From: an uncultured Acidobacteriota bacterium
GTDB lineage: Bacteria; Actinomycetota; Acidimicrobiia; Spongiisociales; ZC4RG35
Direction: 5' to 3'
Length of the DNA stretch: 64,000 nt
Assembly: GCA_963828465.1 (NCBI GenBank)
Contig: CAWHEU010000022.1
Coordinates: 384,001 to 448,000 of the forward strand
Shown here: positions 41,968 to 49,638 of the stretch, in pieces
Position numbering within the stretch: position 1 is the stretch's first letter
Layout of the letters: the number at the start of each line of letters is the position of its first letter
The notes under the pieces: model-generated
Databases searched by the model: none
Told to the model about the DNA's origin: nothing
The model's input: the letters and a program-made list of their open reading frames with translations, nothing else
Program-made: the position numbers and the translations under genes

Positions 41968-43209
41968 ATGAAGACACGGGCTGAATGGATTCTCGTTGTA
42001 GGGCTGATGCTTGGGCTCGTCGCCTGTGGATCTGATGCGAGCCCGGTATCAACCCGCTCCACGACAACGACCCCAAACACGTCATCGACATCGGGCCCAA
42101 CCACATCATCGACGACGGTCCCAACCACGGTTCCGACGACGCAGACATCGACTGTGCCGATTGAGCCTTTCCCAACTGCGGCGTTTGCAGCGATCAGCGA
42201 TGACCCCGTCGCAGAGGATGTTGCAGCGAAGTTCCTGGCGGCTCTGGATGGCATGGCCCCGGAAGGGGGGATCGCAGCCACCGTGATGACGCCCGAGGGA
42301 ACCTGGAGTGGGGCGGCGGGCACCGCCGACGGCGTGCACGATCTCGAGATCGACAGCCAGTTCGGCATCGCGAGCGGCACAAAGCCGATCATCGCGGCCC
42401 AGGTCATGCTGCTCGTGGAGGCGGGGGAGGTCTTGCTCGACGCACCCGCCACCGACTACCTCCCTGCCGATTTCACCTTCGACACCAACGGAGCAACGAT
42501 CCGCCAGCTCCTGAGTCATCGCTCCGGAATCCCGGACTGGTACGACGCGGAGAGCTTCGCGGTGGACAGGAGTCGGGTCTGGGAGCTCGACGAGATCCTC
42601 GCGCTTGTTCCGGCGGCTCGCCGTCCCGTCGGCTCCTTTGAATACGCCGACACCAACTACAACCTGCTCGGGCTCGTCATCGAGCACGTTCGCCAGCGAC
42701 CGCTAACCGACGTCCTGCGCGATGTAGTCCTTCGTGTCGAAGGGACGGAGCGGCTCATCTACCAGCCCGACGAGGCACCAACCGACCCGATGGCCATGCC
42801 GCGGGGCGAGTCGCGCGACGCGCTCAAGCAGGGCGGCGGCTACCTGCCATCTATCTCGGATACGATCGACGGAGCTGCGGGCGCCATGGCGTCAGATTCG
42901 ATCTCGCTCGCACGCTGGTGGCGGGCGTTCTGCGCCGGTGACATCGTTTCGGAAGCCTCGCTGACCGAGATGGCGGCGTTCTACGACAACGTCGCGTCCG
43001 AGTTGCCGGTCGATTATGGGCTCGGGCTGTTCAATCCCGCGGAGCTAGCGTCCGTCAAGGCCGTGGGGCACCTCGGTGCGAATTTCGGCTACAAGTCGTC
43101 GGCCGGGTGCCTGACCGAGGACCCCCTGATCTTCGTCGTGCTGACAAATCAGGACCTCAACAGCTTCGCTCTAGCCACTCCGCTGCTCATGGCGGCGCGC
43201 TCGGAGTGA
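41968..43209 (+). CDS. Serine beta-lactamase-like / D-alanyl carboxypeptidase (S12) family lipoprotein
   Basis: RBS ggagagg, lipobox GLVAC, Thr-rich linker, FGIASGTK (SxxK), TIRQLLSHRSG, FEYADTNY, GHLG. Confidence 0.85.
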   Translation: MKTRAEWILVVGLMLGLVACGSDASPVSTRSTTTTPNTSSTSGPTTSSTTVPTTVPTTQTSTVPIEPFPTAAFAAISDDPVAEDVAAKFLAALDGMAPEGGIAATVMTPEGTWSGAAGTADGVHDLEIDSQFGIASGTKPIIAAQVMLLVEAGEVLLDAPATDYLPADFTFDTNGATIRQLLSHRSGIPDWYDAESFAVDRSRVWELDEILALVPAARRPVGSFEYADTNYNLLGLVIEHVRQRPLTDVLRDVVLRVEGTERLIYQPDEAPTDPMAMPRGESRDALKQGGGYLPSISDTIDGAAGAMASDSISLARWWRAFCAGDIVSEASLTEMAAFYDNVASELPVDYGLGLFNPAELASVKAVGHLGANFGYKSSAGCLTEDPLIFVVLTNQDLNSFALATPLLMAARSE

Positions 43210-43367
43210 CCTGTAAACGACGTCCGCGAGCCATCATCCGCCGCGTGACTGTCCGATCCCGCCTCGACTCGGCGAGCGGGAACGCTGGTCGAAAAATGAC
43301 ACAACACCGATGGACAAGTCTCATCACGGTTTCCACCAAAACGACACATTGCGGGCCCGCCAATCGT

Positions 43368-43550
43368 TCAGTTGATGGAGCGTCGGGCGTCGGCGAGGAG
43401 ACGCCGGTAGACGACGTCGGAGATGCGCCGTTTCAGCGCCCGGATCGCTTCTTTGCTGGTCTTTCCCTCGGCGAGCTTCTTTGGTGGTAGTCCCGGCCTT
43501 CGCCGGGGTAGCGGAGCTGGGTGACTGCGGCGATGTGGTGGGCGTGATCG
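43368..43550 (-). pseudogene. IS110-family transposase C-terminal relic
   Basis: Two joined frames give HAHHIAAVTQLR..GEGRDY / KKLAEGKTSKEAIRALKRRISDVVYRRL, matching the C-terminus typical of actinobacterial IS110 transposases. Confidence 0.75.
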
Positions 43551-43684
43551 ATGCAAACAGTCTGGGATTCTGACTTCGGAGCCACTTTTCGCCTCCTGGG
43601 CGGAGGTCTCGGCGATGTCTGATTAGAAAAATCGTTGTAGCGCGATTCGTGTCTTCTGGCCTTTACTTGTCTAAAGGAGCAGAT

Positions 43685-44149
43685 GTGGTGCTTGCCCGAC
43701 ATCTCGACGAATCGTTCACGGCCTTCGTGAAAGAGACCGAACCTCGGCTGCGGCTTGCGTTGGTAGCAGCATTTGGCCAGGACCGGGGCCTTGACGCCAC
43801 CGCGGATGCTTTGGCTTACGCCTTCGAGAACTGGGATCGGATTGAGAGCATGGAGAACCCTGCTGGGTATCTCTATCGGGTCGGGAGAAGTCGCGCTCGC
43901 TTCGCGGGTATCCGCCCCAGGTTTGCCCCGGTGCCCGTTGAGGACGCTCCGAATGTGGAGCCGGGTCTGCCCTCCGCACTGCGAAGACTGTCGGAAAAGC
44001 AGCGGGTCGCAGTGGTCATGGTTCACGCCTATGGGTGGTCCCGTGAGGAGACGGCTTTGTTGATGGGCTTGACGATGTCCACTGTGGACACCCATCTGCA
44101 GCGCGGCTTGTCCAAATTACGAAATGTGTTGGGGGTGACCCATGCCTGA
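43685..44149 (+). CDS. Small ECF-type sigma-70 factor (copy 3)
   Basis: RBS aaggag; EPRLRLALVAAFG..GLDATADALAYAFENWDRI..NPAGYLYRVG..LSEKQRVAVVMVH..TVDTHLQRGL. Confidence 0.88.
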   Translation: MVLARHLDESFTAFVKETEPRLRLALVAAFGQDRGLDATADALAYAFENWDRIESMENPAGYLYRVGRSRARFAGIRPRFAPVPVEDAPNVEPGLPSALRRLSEKQRVAVVMVHAYGWSREETALLMGLTMSTVDTHLQRGLSKLRNVLGVTHA

Positions 44150-45671
44150 TCTGAACACTCAGCTCCGTGAATATTTCGATGCCACCGCTCCGCCCTTGGA
44201 GGTCGAGGAGGTCGTCGGTGACGAGGTCTTGGTTCCTGGCGGGAGAAAGACGCGATCGAGGAGATGGACTGCCCCGGGCTGGGCATACGGGCTGGCAACC
44301 ATGGTGGTGGTCCTGGTGCTCATTTTGGGACTCGCCCTGCTGCTACCGGGCGGGAATAACGACGTGGTCGAGCCGACCCCGACAACGGTGGTTCCGGAGC
44401 CCGAGACCATGTCCGATTTCGAAGTGATCGAAGCTGGCGTGGCTGCCCTCTACTCCGGGGACGCCGAGCGGGCTGTCGAACTATTCGGGATCGAAGATTC
44501 CCCGGTTTGGAGATGGCAGGGCGGTGGTGATGACGAAGCTCAGATACGCGACGACGATCTGATACGCCAGGAGGCGGCCTATCAGGCGGCCATCGGCGGA
44601 CGGCTGACCCTCAATTGCACTGAACTGGTGAACACGCCCGGGATGTTCACCTGCAATGTGCCGTACCACAACGCTCTTACGGATGCAGTGGGCTACATCG
44701 ACTCCCCAGGGGACCAGATTGATGTCGTGGTCCAAGAAGGCGTGATCACCCAGTTTGCTCTTCCGAACGCCCTCGTCCAAGGGTTCGCCCACACGTTTCC
44801 TGAGCACAATTTCCTCCTGCGGACGGTGGTGTCCTTCCTCAGAGAGGAAGTCGAGGGCTCTGAAGGCTGCTGGGATTTTCCAACGGACTTCTTGCCGACC
44901 GTTATACGGACTCCCGACTGCGCCAACCTGATCATGGACAATCTCGACGACTGGGCCGCCTGGTACGAGGTGAACGAGCCGACGCCGACAACCCTGGTGA
45001 ACGAGCCGACGCCGACAACCCTGGTGAACGAGCCGACGCCGACCACGGTCCTAACAACCGTGCCCACCCCGACCACGGTCCTAACAACCGCCCCCGAAGT
45101 TGAGGCAACGTCCTCGGAAATATCGATTGCGCTCGCGTTCTTTGACGCCCGCAATGCCTACGACGTGGAGGCCGCCACAGCATTGTTCAACCCCGACGCC
45201 CACATTTACGGAGGGGACTTCATCACCGGCGTCGATATGTACCCGGCCCTCTTCGACTGGCTGCGCGCCACTGGCTGGCAGTGGATGGTTGGTGAGTGCT
45301 CTATGAAATCAGGGGACGCCAACACGGAGTGCGCCTATCACGTTGAGAACGCATGGAGTCGCGCCATTGGTATTCCGCCTGTGCCGGGTGTCATCGCCTT
45401 CGAGATCTGGGAAGGGGGGATGAGGTGGGTGCCTGATTTCGAGGTCGATCAGACCGATTTCAGTATCATGGGACGCGCCTCTGAACATCCTCAGTTCAAA
45501 AACGGTGAACTGGTCGAGGTGTGGGGGACGGTCACCGACTGGATCAGAGAAAATCACCCCACCGACGTGGAAGCGATGATCAGCCCGGACGGCTCTGCCC
45601 CAATTTTCGACGCCCGATCCATCGATCTATGGCGGATGTACACCCAAGAGTTCGTTGAGGCAGTCGGGTAG
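44142..45671 (+). CDS. Single-pass membrane protein, putative anti-sigma/sensor 3 (two extracytoplasmic domains joined by a repeat linker)
   Basis: Overlaps the sigma; LNTQLREYFDATAPPL N-terminus, TM helix; extracytoplasmic part unrelated to partners 1 and 2. Confidence 0.75.
   Translation: MPDLNTQLREYFDATAPPLEVEEVVGDEVLVPGGRKTRSRRWTAPGWAYGLATMVVVLVLILGLALLLPGGNNDVVEPTPTTVVPEPETMSDFEVIEAGVAALYSGDAERAVELFGIEDSPVWRWQGGGDDEAQIRDDDLIRQEAAYQAAIGGRLTLNCTELVNTPGMFTCNVPYHNALTDAVGYIDSPGDQIDVVVQEGVITQFALPNALVQGFAHTFPEHNFLLRTVVSFLREEVEGSEGCWDFPTDFLPTVIRTPDCANLIMDNLDDWAAWYEVNEPTPTTLVNEPTPTTLVNEPTPTTVLTTVPTPTTVLTTAPEVEATSSEISIALAFFDARNAYDVEAATALFNPDAHIYGGDFITGVDMYPALFDWLRATGWQWMVGECSMKSGDANTECAYHVENAWSRAIGIPPVPGVIAFEIWEGGMRWVPDFEVDQTDFSIMGRASEHPQFKNGELVEVWGTVTDWIRENHPTDVEAMISPDGSAPIFDARSIDLWRMYTQEFVEAVG
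44969..45090 (+). repeat. In-frame tandem repeats (about 3 x 27 bp, then about 2 x 30 bp) encoding a Pro/Thr linker
   Basis: ggtgaacgagccgacgccgacaaccct at 44969, 44996 and (partial) 45023; ccgaccacggtcctaacaaccg at 45039 and 45069. Confidence 0.9.
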
Positions 45672-45801
45672 TCATCCTCGACCCTGACTCACCGAAGGAT
45701 ATTGGGCTAAGAACGCCAGGTCAGAGCACCTCTCTCCATCTCGATTGGTAAGAACGTGTCAAGCACAGTGGCCCTCGTGGGGGCAGAGGCGCTATCTGTC
45801 C

Positions 45802-45980
45802 GCACTTCGTGTGTAGCCATTTGTGTAGCCGTACGTACCCGGACAGGACAACACCAGACAACACGACAGATCGAAATTCGTAGACAGGACAGCACCAAAC
45901 AACACGTACCGGGACTGGACAGACGAGGTGGGCGGGACTGTTAATCCATTGGTTGTAGGTTCGAGTCCTACCCGCGGAGC
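45802..45980 (+). repeat. att-like repeat copy B (probable terminal attR): 133-bp arm region plus 46-bp tRNA-Asn 3' end
   Basis: Same core and arm as 39197-39375; followed by a hairpin at 45983-46004. Confidence 0.92.
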
Positions 45981-46028
45981 CGGGATGCGCGACCTGGTGC
46001 ATCCAAGAGGCCTCCCGCTAGACCGGGG

Positions 46029-46283
46029 GTGAACATGACAGAGACATTGGAACATAGAGACAAGGTCCAGCGCAGTTTGGAGGACATCCATAGGTCGCTG
46101 GTGGCGGTATCGATGAAGCTGGCACAGCTTCAACTCGATGATGAAATCGACACCGAGCTGGGTAACGCCCTGGAGGAACAAATGACGGCCCTGGCACCGC
46201 TCACAGACCGCCTCGAGAGTCTCGAATCCGAATTTCAGATGGAGACCAACCGCCTGACAAACGAGGGAGAACTCCAGGGTTGA
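46029..46283 (+). CDS. Small acidic helical/coiled-coil hypothetical protein
   Basis: Heptad-like pattern, plausible RBS ggggg; no family recognised. Confidence 0.55.
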   Translation: MNMTETLEHRDKVQRSLEDIHRSLVAVSMKLAQLQLDDEIDTELGNALEEQMTALAPLTDRLESLESEFQMETNRLTNEGELQG

Positions 46284-46456
46284 GGGTGTTTAGTTCGGCT
46301 CGCTCGCGGTAGTCCTTCACGCCCGACTGCATCCATCGGGCGGACACGCCCGGTCGGCCTTCCTCCACCCGCTTCGAGAGTACGCAAGAAGATTCCACGT
46401 TTCGCGTCGGCAAACAGTGGGAATAGTGAGGCGGACCCCGGATTCGAAGAGCGCTG

Positions 46457-46789
46457 ATGACCACAGTTGACGACAGATATGACCTGACCGTCATCTCGAC
46501 GACGCCGTATCACGGGACTGCAGAATTGATCGGTCGGGACGGTCGGGTTGTCGACAGGGTCGCGGCGAGTCTGTTCGCGCGTCGGCCGCCTGGGATCAGC
46601 TTGGGATCGTGGGGTGGTCAGATCCAGGCACTCGAGTTCAATGAATCCGATTGGGGCAATGCGGAAACTATCCGTCTGAGCAACGGGGTGGAAGCCAGGA
46701 TAGTTCTCGAGCGAGAGACGAATCACCCGACCGATGTGGGCCTACACCGCACCGGAACACTCGTCGGTTTGGGGTCCCCGCCTTTCTAA
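46457..46789 (+). CDS. Hypothetical protein, possibly DUF4873-like
   Basis: YHGTAEL..DG near the N-terminus, SWGG, and C-terminal GLGSPPF resemble DUF4873 as recalled; not verified. Confidence 0.5.
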   Translation: MTTVDDRYDLTVISTTPYHGTAELIGRDGRVVDRVAASLFARRPPGISLGSWGGQIQALEFNESDWGNAETIRLSNGVEARIVLERETNHPTDVGLHRTGTLVGLGSPPF

Positions 46790-46989
46790 GGCCGTCGATT
46801 CCCGGCGATTCGGCTTCTTCTGCACGCGCGGGGCAACGGGTCGCGAAAATCGACGTTGTCCGACGACTCAATTTCGACCGCCAACGCGACGATGACTCCT
46901 TTTAGAGGTGGGGGTTTGGGCATTTCAGACGGCGTTGGCGTCTGCTCGGTTCACCCTCCCGAATGATCTTCGGTAAAGAGGTTGGATCG

Positions 46990-47184
46990 ATGACCCTGAT
47001 GCACATGGCCCTGGGAGCCTTGACTTCCATCTTCGGAGCGCACCTGTCATGGGCCGTGACCGACCTGATAATCAAGCGAAAGCGTGAAGGGCGCAGCGTC
47101 GTCCTGCCGACCCTCCTCTCCGTGGCCGGCGTGATCGTGATCGTGGTGACCTGCGGCGTCGTCCTGTCGTCCACCCCCGTCTGA
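46990..47184 (+). CDS. Small two-TM membrane protein
   Basis: RBS gagg; two hydrophobic stretches flanking KRKREGR. Confidence 0.5.
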   Translation: MTLMHMALGALTSIFGAHLSWAVTDLIIKRKREGRSVVLPTLLSVAGVIVIVVTCGVVLSSTPV

Positions 47185-47216
47185 ATCAAGTCGCGAAAAT
47201 TACCCCCGGTTCTGGT

Positions 47217-47305
47217 TTGACCGCTCGATCAGGTTGGGTATAGTTCCGATCTGAAGCCCCGACGGGTCGAAACTTCGGTTACGACTTGTTGGGGCTTCTT
47301 AAATT
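47217..47305 (+). repeat. Promoter-plus-hairpin unit, copy 1 (candidate small RNA or attenuator)
   Basis: TTGACC-16 nt-TATAGT, then the aagccccgacgggtcgaaac-TTCG-gttacgacttgttggggctt hairpin and cttaaatt. Confidence 0.7.
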
Positions 47306-47720
47306 GCGGACACCGATCTGATGGATGCCGGTGAGGGTGGCCGCAATCTCCGACGCCGATAGAGGGCTCGTCGCATGGTGCGCCGACTTCGAACTCTGCG
47401 CCTCGATTCCCTGAAGCCGGGATCGATGACCCAGCGATCGAGGCCACCAGAAGGACCAGGCATCTCGAACTCAAATTACGAGCCGCTGGTAAACCGACTC
47501 CCTCGTCTGGGTAACGCGCCCATGAAATGAATGTGAAGCTCGGGTGCGCCCAGGACGCTCCGGGGTCCTTCGAGCGTGGTGTGGACCCCGGTCGCGTCCT
47601 GTCTCAGCAAGGCGGGAGGAGTTGCCTTGGATCAGGAGGGTGGTCCGACGACATGACAGCGAGGTTTCCGCCTGCCAGCAAACACGTGAAGATCGCCCGC
47701 AAAATCATCTCAATCCCGGT

Positions 47721-47810
47721 TTGACGCCCTGATGAGTTTGGGTAAAGTTCCGACCTGAAGCCCCGACGGGTCGAAACTTCGGTTGCGACTTGTTGGGGCT
47801 TCTTATTTGT
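47721..47810 (+). repeat. Promoter-plus-hairpin unit, copy 2
   Basis: TTGACG-16 nt-TAAAGT, then the same hairpin with one substitution and cttatttgt. Confidence 0.7.
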
Positions 47811-48065
47811 CTGCCCACACTCAAGTTCGAGATGTAGTCCTGCCGATATGGGGACATGTTGGAGTGGACGGGGGACCGGAGAGGGCCCCTCCAACATGTC
47901 GCCCTCCGGGTGCCACCATCGCCCGGGGGGTCGGCACGTCCGACCCGAGGCTCGATGAAGTCCAGCTAGGACCCGATTACCTGCCATCCTGTCCCCTTCA
48001 CGGCCTGGTGTAGGGGCAGATTGCTGTCTCGCCACCACCACAGTCAGGTCGACGAGAACTCGAGC

Positions 48066-49235
48066 ATGCCCCCAAGCCACCCAGCGAACAAGAATCGCCC
48101 CAGGTCGATGCGTCCCTTTGTCGTGGTCGCGACGTTGTCCGCAGTGCTGACTGCGAGCCTGTCTACTGGTACAGCCCTGGGAATATCTCGCGCAGAGGTC
48201 GACGAGGCCTGTGCCGACTCCCAGGAGGCATACGACATCTATCGCGGGGCCCGTTCCGACTTCGAGGTGGCGGCGGTCGCACTCGATGAGGCGAACGCCG
48301 AACTCGACGATGCGGAGTACCAGGAACAGCGGATCCGCAACGCCTTTGAGGCACGCCAGGAAGAGAAGGTGGAGTTGTCGACCCGAGTCGAGTCTCAAGC
48401 AGTCGAGCTCTACATGCAGGCCGCCTCCGGACCGTCGATGGGGATGGTCAGCCTTTCTTCACCCAGCGAAGCGCTGACCGCCTACGAGTTCCTTCGTGCG
48501 AATGCAGACCAGAGCATGCAATCTGTGAATGATCTTGCCGCCGTTTCCTCTGAGCTGGATCGATTGGGAGTGACCCTCGAAGCGGCTGTCGCAGACCTGA
48601 CCACCGCCCGCGATGTGCAGCAAGAGCAAACGGCGGACCAAGAGGCTGCGATGACGTCGGCGCTCGGAGCGTATGACGATCTGAGCGATCGATGCAGGGA
48701 ACTGCAGGCCGCATACGAGGCCGAACAGGCCCGTCTGCGCGCAGAGGCGGAAGAGAGAGCTCGTCAGCGTGCGGCGGCGGCGTCCAGTGCGGGATCAGGT
48801 GGTTCCGGAGGTGGTTCCACCGGTCCGATCATCGGCGGCATCATCTGCCCGTTCAGCCCGGGTCGGACGCATTTCAGCAACTCTTGGGGCGCCTCGCGAT
48901 CGGGTGGGAGGTCTCACAAGGGGACCGACATGATGGCTCCCCATGGCGAGCCCATATACGCCGTTGCCAGTGGCAGCATCAGCACGGGGAGCAGTGGCTT
49001 GGGGGGCATGACGATCTGGCTCTCCACCTCCATCGGGGCTTTCTACTACGCCCACCTCAGCGGGTTCGCGGTCGGGGACGGTGCCCGGGTCAGTCAGGGT
49101 GACTTGATCGCGTACAACGGAAGTACGGGGAACGCCTCCGCTAGCGCCCCCCACCTCCATTTCGAGATCCACCCTGGTGGACGAGGCTCCAGCGCCGTCA
49201 ATCCGTACAACGCGGTGGCCTCGGTCTGCTTCTGA
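48066..49235 (+). CDS. Secreted coiled-coil M23-family peptidoglycan endopeptidase
   Basis: Signal peptide, long coiled coil, [24 protein letters not shown]. Confidence 0.9.
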   Translation: MPPSHPANKNRPRSMRPFVVVATLSAVLTASLSTGTALGISRAEVDEACADSQEAYDIYRGARSDFEVAAVALDEANAELDDAEYQEQRIRNAFEARQEEKVELSTRVESQAVELYMQAASGPSMGMVSLSSPSEALTAYEFLRANADQSMQSVNDLAAVSSELDRLGVTLEAAVADLTTARDVQQEQTADQEAAMTSALGAYDDLSDRCRELQAAYEAEQARLRAEAEERARQRAAAASSAGSGGSGGGSTGPIIGGIICPFSPGRTHFSNSWGASRSGGRSHKGTDMMAPHGEPIYAVASGSISTGSSGLGGMTIWLSTSIGAFYYAHLSGFAVGDGARVSQGDLIAYNGSTGNASASAPHLHFEIHPGGRGSSAVNPYNAVASVCF

Positions 49236-49250
49236 CCCGGCCTCGGCGTT

Positions 49251-49439
49251 CTATTTCCTCCGCGCTCCTCGCCAAAGCAACGTGCCACCGGCCAGGACGG
49301 CGACCGCACCCAGCACCACCCACAGCGGGTCGCCGGTCATGAAACTCTGCGGGGCGAACTCGATGTCGAGACCCTGCAAGATCCAGATGACACCGATGAT
49401 GCCGAGAATGATCCCGAGCGCCTTGCTCAAGTCCCGCAT
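49251..49439 (-). CDS. Small two-TM membrane protein
   Basis: GVIWILQGL..SFMTG..W pattern, common in small actinobacterial membrane proteins. Confidence 0.7.
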   Translation of the reverse strand: MRDLSKALGIILGIIGVIWILQGLDIEFAPQSFMTGDPLWVVLGAVAVLAGGTLLWRGARRK

Positions 49440-49455
49440 CGCTCGAACATAGCTC

Positions 49456-49485
49456 TTGACTCCGACACCTGCGCCAGCTGATAAT
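49456..49485 (+). promoter_or_regulatory. Sigma-70-type promoter for the aromatic leader and fusion gene
   Basis: TTGACT-18 nt-GATAAT, ending 9 nt before the leader ATG. Confidence 0.6.
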
Positions 49486-49494
49486 CTTGCTCAC

Positions 49495-49569
49495 ATGAAG
49501 ACGGACCCGGCTTCGATCACGAGCGCCACGCCTCGGCGTTTCTTCGGGTTCGTCTATTTCGGCGCCTAG
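49495..49569 (+). CDS. Phe/Tyr-rich leader peptide (MKTDPASITSATPRRFFGFVYFGA)
   Basis: Four Phe and one Tyr in seven codons, directly upstream of the Phe-biosynthesis fusion; 10-bp complementarity to that gene's RBS region. Confidence 0.78.
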   Translation: MKTDPASITSATPRRFFGFVYFGA

Positions 49570-49638
49570 CGCCGACTCACCCCACCCCCGCGTTACTCCG
49601 TCCCTATCCACTCTTCAACCGCGCCGAGGCGAACACTC

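Larger units (their letters stand above)
37254..45980. mobile_element. Tandem genomic island(s) at tRNA-Asn, with no integrase inside
   Basis: The 46-bp tRNA 3' end recurs at 39330-39375 and 45935-45980, defining units of about 2.1 kb and 6.6 kb; cargo is accessory. Confidence 0.8.

Noticed and set aside
44969-45090. Possible CRISPR array
   Set aside because: The repeats are contiguous with no spacers, lie in frame within a CDS, and no cas genes are present.
37300-45934. Integrase, relaxase or prophage genes inside the island
   Set aside because: No ORF with tyrosine or serine recombinase or phage motifs was found in the ORF track or by eye in the gaps.
46990-47305. Type I toxin-antitoxin pair (small TM protein plus hairpin RNA)
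   Set aside because: Both are on the same strand and I found no extended complementarity; not supportable from sequence alone.
47217-47810. CRISPR repeat pair or known riboswitch
   Set aside because: Only two copies, 504 bp apart; no match that I recognise to c-di-GMP, c-di-AMP or other aptamer consensus.
47930-47980. Second c-di-AMP riboswitch before the M23 peptidase
   Set aside because: gtccagcta only loosely resembles GTCAGCTA, and the other conserved blocks are missing.
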